64,000 bases of DNA from Brevinematales bacterium (lineage in GTDB: Bacteria; Spirochaetota; Brevinematia; Brevinematales; GWF1-51-8): NCBI GenBank assembly GCA_020059465.1, contig JAGVBZ010000003.1, positions 89,698 through 153,697 on the forward strand, in the 5' to 3' direction. A model generated the notes under the pieces. It searched no databases and was not told where the DNA came from. It saw only the letters and a program-made list of their open reading frames with translations. Both the position numbers and the translations under genes were made by a program. Shown here in pieces: positions 1-9,000 of the stretch. Numbering within the stretch: the stretch's first letter is position 1; every line of letters starts with the position of its first letter.

Positions 1-8
1 CGAACCGG

Positions 9-467
9 ATGAACGTCACGGTAAAATATTTCGCGTACTCCCCGGTACAGGAAAAAGATATCCAGACGGGCGAGCGCGTCTATATTGTCGACGGGAAAAA
101 GCTGTACGTCGATTTCGGGGTCATTAATTTCAAGTATGCCCTCATCGAGAAGGGCGAAGCCTATAATATCGCGTTCCCCTCGCATATGTTTTCCGAGGTT
201 CTCCCGCCGGATAACGGGATGAATATATTCGCCGCCGCAGACGGAATCCCGCTCACGTTCAAACTGGATAACAAGGATATCTATATTCTCAGCAAGGACA
301 GCTATGTCGCGCAGATTAACAAGATAATCGCTTACTCGACGAATACGAACCTCAGCCGCGAGATGGGCGTAAAAACCACCTATAGCGAGGCGCTGGCGTT
401 CGAACCCCAGGAGGGAAAAGTATACCAATTCTTCTCCACCGGGGCGGGCGGAGTCATTTTAAAATAA
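9..467 (+). CDS. hypothetical protein (possibly 5'-truncated at window edge)
   Basis: 152-aa ORF. The frame stays open back to nt 3, so the true start may lie upstream of the window. No motif recognised. A nested hairpin follows at 519-573. Confidence 0.5.
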   Translation: MNVTVKYFAYSPVQEKDIQTGERVYIVDGKKLYVDFGVINFKYALIEKGEAYNIAFPSHMFSEVLPPDNGMNIFAAADGIPLTFKLDNKDIYILSKDSYVAQINKIIAYSTNTNLSREMGVKTTYSEALAFEPQEGKVYQFFSTGAGGVILK

Positions 468-518
468 GACCGCAACGGGAGTACCGCTTCGGTCATCGAT
501 GGTTTATATTACGGGCAA

Positions 519-573
519 GGGGTAAAGCGATCCGTCTTATCACCGTTTAGTGATAAACTGACTGCTTTACCCC
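519..573 (+). terminator. nested hairpin between convergent genes (putative terminator)
   Basis: GGGGTAAAGC (519-528) pairs with GCTTTACCCC (564-573). This encloses TATCAC (538-543) / GTGATA (550-555). A T-rich tract, gtttcgtttt, follows. Confidence 0.45.
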
Positions 574-625
574 GTTTCGTTTTACCGCTTAAATCATCTC
601 AAATTACTTCGCTCATCAGAAAGGT

Positions 626-1138
626 TTACTTATTGTACTTTTCCCAGCCCTGCGACTGAAGCATATCGTCTTTCGCGCGCAGGTCTTTTTTCATTTTATC
701 ACGGTATGCCAAGAGTTTGTCCCGCAGCGTACTATCCGACAGCGCGAGAATCTCCACTGTCAGAAGCGCGGCGTTCTTTGCGCCGGACTTACCCTTTCCT
801 GTTACGCCGACAGGAATTCCCGGGGGCATCTCGATCATCGATAGAAGCGAATCGAGCGATCCGAAATCGGGGGACGATAACGGAACACCGATGACCGGCA
901 ATACCGTATGCCCGGCGATCACTCCCGCCAAATGGGCTGACATTCCCGCCGCCGCAATAATCACTCTGCCGCCGTTCTGCTCGAACGCCCTGACAATTTC
1001 AATCGTCCTTTCAGGGCTGCGGTGCGCTGAACTGAAACGCACTTCGGTATCTATCCCGAACTCTTTCAGAATCTCCAATCCCCCGGACAATACCGGAAGA
1101 TCGCTGTCGCTTCCCATAATCATCATAACTTTTGACAT
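626..1138 (-). CDS. purE: N5-carboxyaminoimidazole ribonucleotide mutase (AIR carboxylase family)
   Basis: MIMGSDSDLPV, SAHRSPERT and AGMSAHLAGVIAG are classic PurE motifs. The start is placed at the internal Met (MSKVMMIMGS), preceded by AGGAG. There is a 4-nt gap to the upstream gene. Confidence 0.9.
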   Translation of the reverse strand: MSKVMMIMGSDSDLPVLSGGLEILKEFGIDTEVRFSSAHRSPERTIEIVRAFEQNGGRVIIAAAGMSAHLAGVIAGHTVLPVIGVPLSSPDFGSLDSLLSMIEMPPGIPVGVTGKGKSGAKNAALLTVEILALSDSTLRDKLLAYRDKMKKDLRAKDDMLQSQGWEKYNK

Positions 1139-1142
1139 TTTT

Positions 1143-1808
1143 TTACTCCTGATCGAAGTCAATAATTTTTATATCATGAAGATAATCTTTCACCCGGTAT
1201 TCCTTCAATTTTTCAACTTTCTGTACCAGCCTCGATATCTTTTCAGCAGACTCGACCATCATATCCATCAATTCGACTATATCATCGTCCAGTTCCCGTT
1301 CGTCCTTAATCATTCTCAGCATTTCGGCCGATCCGAGCAGGGTGGTTAACGGCTGATTAAAGTTATGCGCAATAGCGCGTCCCATTTCGCTGACAGTGGT
1401 ATCCTGTTTGATTCGCACCAATTCCTGTGTCTGGCTCGAAAGCTTCAATACGTTTTCCATCCGGATCAGCATCTCGATAGCGTTGAACGGTTTCTTTATA
1501 TAATCGACCGCGCCCGCCTTGTAGGCGTTTTTCAGCACCTCCACATCCTCTTCCGATGTGACCATGATTACAGGTATCGAACGCAGATCGGCGTTAGCCT
1601 TCAATTCGCCGCATAATTCGACGCCGTTTGTATCCGGAAGATGTACATCCATCAGGATAATATCGGGTATAAAAGCCAGCGCTTCCTTGATAAAAACAGC
1701 ACCCCGGTTTATCGTCATTAACTCGAAATGGGCGGGATTGAGAATTTTTTTATAGATGGTTACATAGAAAGCCGCATCTTCGACAATCAGAACCTTGTAA
1801 ATGCTCAT
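1143..1808 (-). CDS. response-regulator receiver domain fused to a HisKA/DHp-like H-box segment, no ATPase domain
   Basis: The N-terminal REC has VLIVEDAA, ILMDVHLPDTNG, PVIMVTS and a YIKKPF-type K. The C-terminal part has the H-box AIAHNFNQPLTTLLGSAEML. The ORF ends about 70 aa later without N/G1/G2 boxes. Confidence 0.8.
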   Translation of the reverse strand: MSIYKVLIVEDAAFYVTIYKKILNPAHFELMTINRGAVFIKEALAFIPDIILMDVHLPDTNGVELCGELKANADLRSIPVIMVTSEEDVEVLKNAYKAGAVDYIKKPFNAIEMLIRMENVLKLSSQTQELVRIKQDTTVSEMGRAIAHNFNQPLTTLLGSAEMLRMIKDERELDDDIVELMDMMVESAEKISRLVQKVEKLKEYRVKDYLHDIKIIDFDQE

Positions 1809-1864
1809 TTTACCTTCCGAAAACTAGATGAAAAATTATAATAAGTATTGAGAGATATGTAAAA

Positions 1865-1896
1865 TAAAAAGGGCATGACGCTAAGTGCGCCATGCC
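1865..1896 (-). terminator. rho-independent terminator after MCP gene
   Basis: Hairpin GGCATGaCGC-taagt-GCGcCATGCC (1872-1896). The plus-strand A-run at 1865-1870 is a U-run on the minus transcript. Confidence 0.55.
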
Positions 1897-2085
1897 TCTA
1901 TCACAACTGAAGAAAGGGGGGTCAAATTGATCGAATTCATTTCCTTTTTACGATATAATTATAGCATCAAAAACCCGCATCGTCTATCGGGGAATCCCTG
2001 ATTTTTCGGGTTAAAAAACCTGATTCGATGGCGTTATTCTATCTGAAAAATTGCCCCGCGCGCCCGAATCAAGTTATCCCCCGTG

Positions 2086-3696
2086 CTAAAAATCTTTAAA
2101 ATCGTCCATCGGTATCTTATCTTCCGGCCGGATAATTTCTACCCCGGCGGCATTGTTTAACGCAATATGCTGAGTATGGACGGCCGAAACTTTTTTCAGG
2201 TGCACATCCTGTACATCCGCCGATTTATCCGTCAGCAGCTTGTTTCCGATACCTTTATCCTTCACACCTTTACGGGCTCCGCTAACGATTTGACGAAGAT
2301 TTTCAACGATACCCTTGAGCATCTCAGCCTGTGTAAACATCTCCTCCCCGGCCGCGGCGTTTTCTTCCGATGTTGACGCGGTATTCTGCACGACCCCGTT
2401 TATTTCGCTGACAGCCTTGGTAATCTGTCCCGCGCCCTTGAGCTGTTCCAGCGACGCCCTATCGGTCTCGTCCATCATCGTACGGATCTTTTCCAGTACT
2501 TCCTTGACGCTGACAATGGAGTCGCGAACCGCTTCGCTTAAAAGCTTTCCGTTGGATACGCTCCCGATTGCGCCCTCGATCAGCGCGGCGGTTTCCTTAG
2601 CGGCGTCGGCGCTCTTCTGCGCGAGGCTTTTTACCTGATCGGCGACCACTGCAAACCCGCGTCCGGCATCTCCCGCTCTCGCCGCCTCAACCGCCGCGTT
2701 CAGAGCGAGAATATTGGTCTGGAACGCGATATCGTCGATTACTTTTATTATTTTTGCTACCCGGTTATTATTGCCCTCAATTTCCGCCATTGCGCTCATC
2801 ATTTCATGCATCTGGGTTGTGCTTTTTTCCGCAGAATTTCCAGCATCGTTTGTCATCATCTTCGACTGGTTTATATTCTTTGTGTTGGATTCGATAATCG
2901 ACTGCAATTCCTCGAGAGAAGATGTCATTTCCTCGATAGAGGATGCCAGTTCGGACGCCCCGCTTGACAGATTCTGGCTGGATGTGGAAACTTGTCCGGA
3001 GGCAAGCATTAACTGGTTCGCGCTTTGCGATAAATCCTGTACATTCCGGTTTATCCTGCGGGATATGCTCAGGCTGAGGAAAATCCCTAAAAGTATCGCA
3101 AGAGTGACGCCTGCGGCCATTCCGATATATCCCTGAAGCATTGCGTTATGTGTGAAAACATTTTGCCCTTCCGCTTCCTTTTTGAGAAAATCGCTGAGCT
3201 TATTCCTGAGATTTTTCATAATTCCCTGAACTTCACCGAGGGAAACCAATGTCTTTTCGCTGAGGTATTTTTCAGCGCCTGCCATATTGTCATCCTTGAT
3301 CAACTGTTCGAGTTTTTCCACAGAATGGTGCATTTCGATATGGGGCTGTTCCAAATGCATCAGCAATTCTTTTATCTCCGGAAAAATAGTTTCAAACTGC
3401 TTTCTTTCTTCTCCATAGTACCATTTCCCTAAGTTGCATTTATGCGGGTCTTTTTGTACCTCGATATTGGATTTTTTCGTATTCATATCTATCATAACCG
3501 TCTGCGCCCATGTCAGATGCTCGACTTCCCGTAATAAAAGCGATTCATTTAACTGGTGTACCTCATCCATATGGGTTGAAATTCTATCGAGATTATTTAC
3601 CGAAATCAGCCCGAGAATACCCACCGCGAGCACTACCGCCGATACTCCTAAAAAGGCGAAAATCAACCGAAAAGTCAGACCTGTGCTTTTAAACAT
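2086..3696 (-). CDS. methyl-accepting chemotaxis protein with CZB-like module between the two TM helices
   Basis: Highly conserved MCP signalling core IAFQTNILALNAAVEAARAGDAGRGFAVVADQVKSLA. Two TM segments. The sensor region has H-x3-W ... HKCNLGKWYYG ... H ... HH. The start is set at MFKSTGL (AAGGAG RBS), matching the paralog start MFKKISL. Confidence 0.9.
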   Translation of the reverse strand: MFKSTGLTFRLIFAFLGVSAVVLAVGILGLISVNNLDRISTHMDEVHQLNESLLLREVEHLTWAQTVMIDMNTKKSNIEVQKDPHKCNLGKWYYGEERKQFETIFPEIKELLMHLEQPHIEMHHSVEKLEQLIKDDNMAGAEKYLSEKTLVSLGEVQGIMKNLRNKLSDFLKKEAEGQNVFTHNAMLQGYIGMAAGVTLAILLGIFLSLSISRRINRNVQDLSQSANQLMLASGQVSTSSQNLSSGASELASSIEEMTSSLEELQSIIESNTKNINQSKMMTNDAGNSAEKSTTQMHEMMSAMAEIEGNNNRVAKIIKVIDDIAFQTNILALNAAVEAARAGDAGRGFAVVADQVKSLAQKSADAAKETAALIEGAIGSVSNGKLLSEAVRDSIVSVKEVLEKIRTMMDETDRASLEQLKGAGQITKAVSEINGVVQNTASTSEENAAAGEEMFTQAEMLKGIVENLRQIVSGARKGVKDKGIGNKLLTDKSADVQDVHLKKVSAVHTQHIALNNAAGVEIIRPEDKIPMDDFKDF

Positions 3697-3728
3697 ATCC
3701 GTCTCCTTATCGTAATATTCTTGTATTG

Positions 3729-3756
3729 ATTCTATTATATATAATATATATGTCAA
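3729..3756 (-). promoter_or_regulatory. sigma70-like promoter for MCP gene
   Basis: On the minus strand: TTGACA (3756-3751), 16-nt spacer, TAGAAT (3734-3729). It lies about 30 nt upstream of the ATG at 3696. Confidence 0.45.
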
Positions 3757-3775
3757 TATTTCGATTAGTTTTCAT

Positions 3776-3805
3776 AAAAAAAACGGGGCCGATTTCTCGG
3801 TCCCG
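3776..3805 (-). terminator. rho-independent terminator after second MCP gene
   Basis: Minus strand: ACGGGACCG-AGAAAU-CGGCCCCGU followed by U8. The hairpin core is nearly identical to the terminator at 5982-6012. Confidence 0.7.
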
Positions 3806-3930
3806 TTATTGACAGTTTCGCTGTGAATGTTCAGGTATGTACTTCGCCCGCGGCCGTTTTTTATTACGGAAATATTACACGGGCCTGGCTATATCCATTT
3901 ATTGCCAAAACATAAAAATCTATCCTGAAA

Positions 3931-5547
3931 TTAAAAATCCTTAAAATCATCCATCGGTATCTTATCCTCCGGCCGGATAATTTCTACCCCGGAATTATTC
4001 AACGTAATGTGCTGGGAATGTACGGCCGAAACTTTTTTCAGATGCACATCCTGTACTTCCGCCGATTTATCCGTCAGAAGCATCTTTGCCGTATCTTCGC
4101 CTTTTTTAACCGATCCGCCCCCGCCGACAATCTTGCTCAGGTTGATGACAATTTCCCGGAGGGTTTCCGCCTGAGAATACAATTGCTCGCCGGCTGCGGC
4201 GTTTTCTTCCGACGATGATGCTGTGGCCTGAACGACTCCGTTTACTTCGCTGACAGCCTTGGTGATCTGTCCCGCGCCCTTGAGCTGCTCCTGTGACGCT
4301 CTGTCGGTCTCATCCATCAATAATCGGATTTTCTCCAATATTTCCTTGACGCTTACGATAGAGTTCAGTACCGTTTCGCTGACATTCTTCCCGTTCGACA
4401 CGCTTCCTACAGCTCCCTCGATCAACGCTGCGGTTTCTTTTGCGGCGTCGGCGCTCTTCTGCGCGAGGCTTTTTACCTGATCGGCGACCACAGCAAACCC
4501 GCGTCCGGCGTCTCCCGCTCTCGCCGCCTCCACCGCCGCATTCAGCGCAAGAATATTGGTCTGGAACGCAATATCGTCGATCACTTTGATGATTTTCGCC
4601 ACACGGTTATTGTTGTTTTCAATTTCCAGCATAGCGCCCATCATTTCCTGCATCTGGCTCGCGCTTATTTCCGCGCTGCCCCCCGCCTCATTTGTCATCA
4701 TCTTTGTCTGATTGACGTTCTTAGTGTTGGATTCGATGATCGACTGAAGTTCTTCAAGCGACGAGGTCATCTCCTCGATAGAGGATGCCAGTTCGGACGC
4801 GCCGGTCGAAAGCTGCTGGCTGGACATGGAAATCTGTTTCGATGATAAGGTGAGGTTGTCCGCGTTTACGGTAAGTTCCTTCACATTGCCCCTTATTTTT
4901 TTCGATAAGCTGAAGCTCATAAACGATCCCAATCCGCCTAATAACATCGCTAAAAATATTCCTATTCCCGTACCCGAATACCCCTGAACCAAGGCATCGT
5001 TGACTGCGATTTCGTGTTCTTTGGTATCCTTTTCTAAAACCGTCCCCAAATGGGTTCGCATATTCCCTAAGTCTCCCTGTACCTGTGTAAGGGCGGCGGA
5101 TGTCTTATGCATATAAATATCCTCCGCTCCCGTGAAATTTGCCTCCTTAAGCAGTAGCTCAAGTTCAACAACCGATTCATGCAGTTCCCGATGAGGTTTT
5201 TCAATACTTTCAATGTATTTCTTCATTTCCGGGAATTCGGCTTCCACTACTTTTCTTTCATCGCCGTAATACCATTTTCCAAAATTACACTTTGTCGGAT
5301 CCTTCTCGACTTCAATCTTATCCTTTTTTGAGGATAACGCGTTCATGACCGTTTGCGCCCATTTCAGATGCTCAATCTCTCTCATAAGCAATTTACCATT
5401 TAAGACATGGACTTTGCTTATGCTTTGGGACAGATCGTTCAGTCGGGCTGTAGAGCTAAACCCCAGAAGCCCTACTATCAATACGATAACCGCAACGCCA
5501 ATAAACGCCAGAACCAGCCGGACTGTTAAACTGATTTTCTTGAACAT
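3931..5547 (-). CDS. methyl-accepting chemotaxis protein, paralog of 2086-3696
   Basis: Same architecture and same signalling core. Sensor region has HLKWAQ ... TKCNFGKWYYG ... H ... H. The C-terminal tail ...IIRPEDKIPMDDFKDF is identical to the paralog. Confidence 0.9.
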   Translation of the reverse strand: MFKKISLTVRLVLAFIGVAVIVLIVGLLGFSSTARLNDLSQSISKVHVLNGKLLMREIEHLKWAQTVMNALSSKKDKIEVEKDPTKCNFGKWYYGDERKVVEAEFPEMKKYIESIEKPHRELHESVVELELLLKEANFTGAEDIYMHKTSAALTQVQGDLGNMRTHLGTVLEKDTKEHEIAVNDALVQGYSGTGIGIFLAMLLGGLGSFMSFSLSKKIRGNVKELTVNADNLTLSSKQISMSSQQLSTGASELASSIEEMTSSLEELQSIIESNTKNVNQTKMMTNEAGGSAEISASQMQEMMGAMLEIENNNNRVAKIIKVIDDIAFQTNILALNAAVEAARAGDAGRGFAVVADQVKSLAQKSADAAKETAALIEGAVGSVSNGKNVSETVLNSIVSVKEILEKIRLLMDETDRASQEQLKGAGQITKAVSEVNGVVQATASSSEENAAAGEQLYSQAETLREIVINLSKIVGGGGSVKKGEDTAKMLLTDKSAEVQDVHLKKVSAVHSQHITLNNSGVEIIRPEDKIPMDDFKDF

Positions 5548-5831
5548 ATAAACCTCCAGAATATCAGAATGTTCTTTTTACATCGAATTATTTTTATTTA
5601 TATTCATGATACGTTTTCTCCATAGTTTTTTTAACGTATAATAAATATACCCAATTTTACACTTGTTTATATCCTATCATTTATCCTATAATACTATTAT
5701 TTCATCATTCATTTCCGATATATAATACCAGAAATATGCGTAATACTCATAATATTGACATATGTACGTTTTTATTCACTATCATATTTATAATAATAGT
5801 ATTATTTCATGTTAGTGTACCATCTTATTAT

Positions 5832-5866
5832 CTGATTGTCAATCAGGGTTTTCCTGAATTTGACAA
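5832..5866. promoter_or_regulatory. compound palindrome in AT-rich region upstream of MCP gene
   Basis: CTGATTG-t-CAATCAG (5832-5846). TTGTCAA (5836-5842) pairs with TTGACAA (5860-5866), with CAGG/CCTG inside. About 290-320 nt upstream of the ATG at 5547. Confidence 0.3.
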
Positions 5867-5981
5867 TAGAATTTTCCTATGAATATGTTTTATACAGTAT
5901 TATCATATTTATTGTATCGGGGATATTTTTTAAGCTGCGGGGCGGCCTGAAAAAAGAAATACCTGACAAACCGGGAGAAAT

Positions 5982-6012
5982 AAAAAAACCGGGCCGATTT
6001 CTCGGTCCCGGT
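5982..6012 (-). terminator. rho-independent terminator after GH13 gene
   Basis: Minus strand: ACCGGGACCGAGAAAUCGGCCCGGU followed by U7. Confidence 0.7.
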
Positions 6013-6051
6013 TTATATGGAAACGGTTCATGGTTACATAGTTGTTTTCCC

Positions 6052-9000
6052 TTACGGGTGAAGGTATGCGCCGTCCTGGCCTATTTTACCCGGAGCGGGA
6101 TTGTTCACAAGGTCGAGGACATATATTCTCATATTTCCCTGCCCGCTACAGCTGGCGACCAGCGTACCGCCTGTAACAACCTTTACATCGCCGGTAATCG
6201 CGTCTTTATAGACCCCGTTGGGTATCCCGCTGAACGTCGCTCCGCCGGAGATCGTGACCAGCACGAAACTATCGACCGTACCGCTCGTGAAACGCTTTTT
6301 AAAGCACATTCCGCCGCTGCACCCTTCTGTAGAGTACTGTCCCTTTTGAAGCGCTGGTATATTATGCCGTATCTGGTTCAGACGCTGGAGGTGTTTGGCA
6401 AGCGGATGATTGAGCGTATTTGCCATTTCGCCCGTAGCGTTGTTCCATACCCCGAAATCGAGGGCGTTCACAGTTCCGGCAATATGAGTGCCGAAGTATG
6501 CGCGTCCGGTTGTAGCGATCGGCGCGCTGGGGCCTTTATCGCACGGCGCTCCTTTCATAAACTGGATCTCGCTCCCGTAATACACGCATGGAATACCGCG
6601 GAACGTAAATATCAGCGAGAAGCTTTCTGCATACTCGGATTCGCTCCCGCCGTAACGGTTATCCGTATTCGGGCCGTAGTCGTGCGAGTCGATATAACAG
6701 ACGTTCCATGTCGAGTCGTTATAGACATAATCGTTGCCTTTAGCAAAATTGTACGCCTGCCCCGCGGAACCGAAGTTCCAGTGCATCGGGAAATCGATCA
6801 CTCCCATTCCCGACGATTTCGAATAATCCGGAGTATGATAGTTATTGCCCTGCAGGAACGCGTTCTGACTGGTCGGCTGGTTTGCGGTACCTTGATTGTT
6901 TTCCCAGATATAGGAATTGGATGCGCATTGCGCGTCCGATCCGGTAAACGTCTGCCGTTCAGCCCATGTATAGAACGGAGTCGAAAGAGGCGGGATACCG
7001 TGGTTCCATACCTCGTTGACACGGGTGCAGACCTCGCCGAACATATAGAAGCTCGCCGGCGCATGGGCTTTAAACGCGGGGATAAACCGCATATTCAGCG
7101 TCCATCTCGACATATGCTTTACCGTGTCGATACGGAACCCGTCTACGCCCATATCGATATAATGCTTGTACGCATTGATAAGATGCGTTTGTACGGCCGC
7201 GCTCTCGGTATTCAGATCGATACAATCCTCATGGATCGTTCCGAACTGGCAGGTGATATCTTCCCAGTTTTGGAGCCATCCCTTATGGAACAGGTTGGGA
7301 TCGAACAAGTCGAGATTCGGCCATTGATAGTTATATATGACATATCCCTCGGGACTGCGCCACTGTGTAGGCGTGCCCCAATAGGTCAGGGGGTTCCACG
7401 CGAGAGTAGGTTTTGTCTTCTGCCATAAATCGCCGTTGTAGTAACTTTTTCCGGATATCGGCTCATAGGACTTGCCGTCATAGACAAACCCTGGATTGGG
7501 AACATCATAGTAATCGATAGTCGTCCCGTCGCCCCATTCCGGATCGTTGGAATCGCCCCAGTACTTGACCGTCTGGAGGCCGACCGCGCCGTAGCGGCTT
7601 GTATGATTCAGAACGATATCCTGTATGATCTTGAGTCCCTTCGCATGCGCTGCGTTAATCAAATCCTGATAGGTCGCGCCGGGAGATTCGAGACGCGGAT
7701 CCACTTTATTAAAGTCCCATGCGTGATATCCGTGGTAATCGTAATCGCTTCTGTTCAGCACGACAGGGGTAATCCATATCGCCGTGAAGCCCAAAGCCTT
7801 GATATAATCGAGCTTCTGGATGAGGCCCTTGAAGTCGCCGCGCCATGCCGGATCGTTGTTTGCGGCATTCCCGCTCGAAACGTAACAGCGGCTGGGCCTG
7901 TTGTTCGCGGGGTCGCCGTCGAAGAAACGCGCCGTCATCAGGAAGTAGATCGTTTCCTCTCGGAAATCGACACGGTCCGGGGTGGGCACATTGGTTACAC
8001 AATGCACGATTACCTGATCGGTTCCAGTCGCTCCGAGGTTATCGGTAACAGTCAGGATAACCGTATAATCTCCGACTGTATTATATACTTTTGTAGGATT
8101 CACGCCCGTGAGGCCGTTATTCCAGCTATAGGATACAATCGTCCCGTTGGGGTCGTATGACGCCGAAGCGTTGAACTGCGCGGTATTCCCCATCAGTACG
8201 GTAATATCTTCACCCGCATTCGCCACAGGGGGAAGGTTTGCGTTCGCGGTAGTGACTGTGATCACGGGCGACGTCCCGGTGTTTCCGGCCTCGTCGTACG
8301 CCTTCGCTGTCAGCGAATGAGAACCGTTGGGAGCATACGCAGTGTTCCATTCTATAGTGTACGGCTGAGCTGTCGCCGTTCCAATTTTATTCGTGCCGCG
8401 GTAGAATTCCACCTTTGCGACCGCGTTGTTATCCGAGGCGTTTGCGACCACGGTCACTATCCCGGAAAGGCTCGCGCCGTTAGCAGGAGACGCTATACTC
8501 GCGGTCGGGGGTATCAGGTCTTCGGGATTGGTGTCGTACCATACCCCGTCCTTGTAATACCCGACCTTGTTGCGGGTAAGGTCTGCTGTCTGCGGTGAAG
8601 AATCGTTGTTGAAAATAAGTGAAGTATTGGTGCCGGTAAACGTGAAAGAATACCAATTCGCCCCCAGCGAGGGTTCGGGGGTCATCGCGCTGCCCGGCCA
8701 TGTGGTCGAACCGCAGTTCCCGCCCCAGTAATGTATCTTGGGGGTTTTCGTCCACGCAGTGGGGCGTTTGAAATACACAATGAACACGCCCTGTACGTTT
8801 ACGACGGTAATAGATATGGTCTTCGTCGCCGACTGATTGCCGGCTTTATCTTTAGCATAGTACTTGATCGTATGCGCGCCGACCGAAATCGGAAGAGTGA
8901 CGCTCCAGCTTACGGTGCCCGAAGCCTCGTTGAAACTGCCGGTATCCACCGCTACGTATACTCTATCCACGCCGGAAAGATTGTCGCTCGACGTCCCGGA

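Noticed and set aside
5836-7428. 530-aa plus-strand ORF, the second-longest plus-strand ORF in the window
   Set aside because: It lies almost entirely antisense to the well-supported GH13 gene. It uses a TTG start inside an AT-rich intergenic region. Its Arg/Ile/Val-rich low-complexity product is typical of a shadow ORF opposite GC3-rich coding sequence, and it has no recognisable motif.
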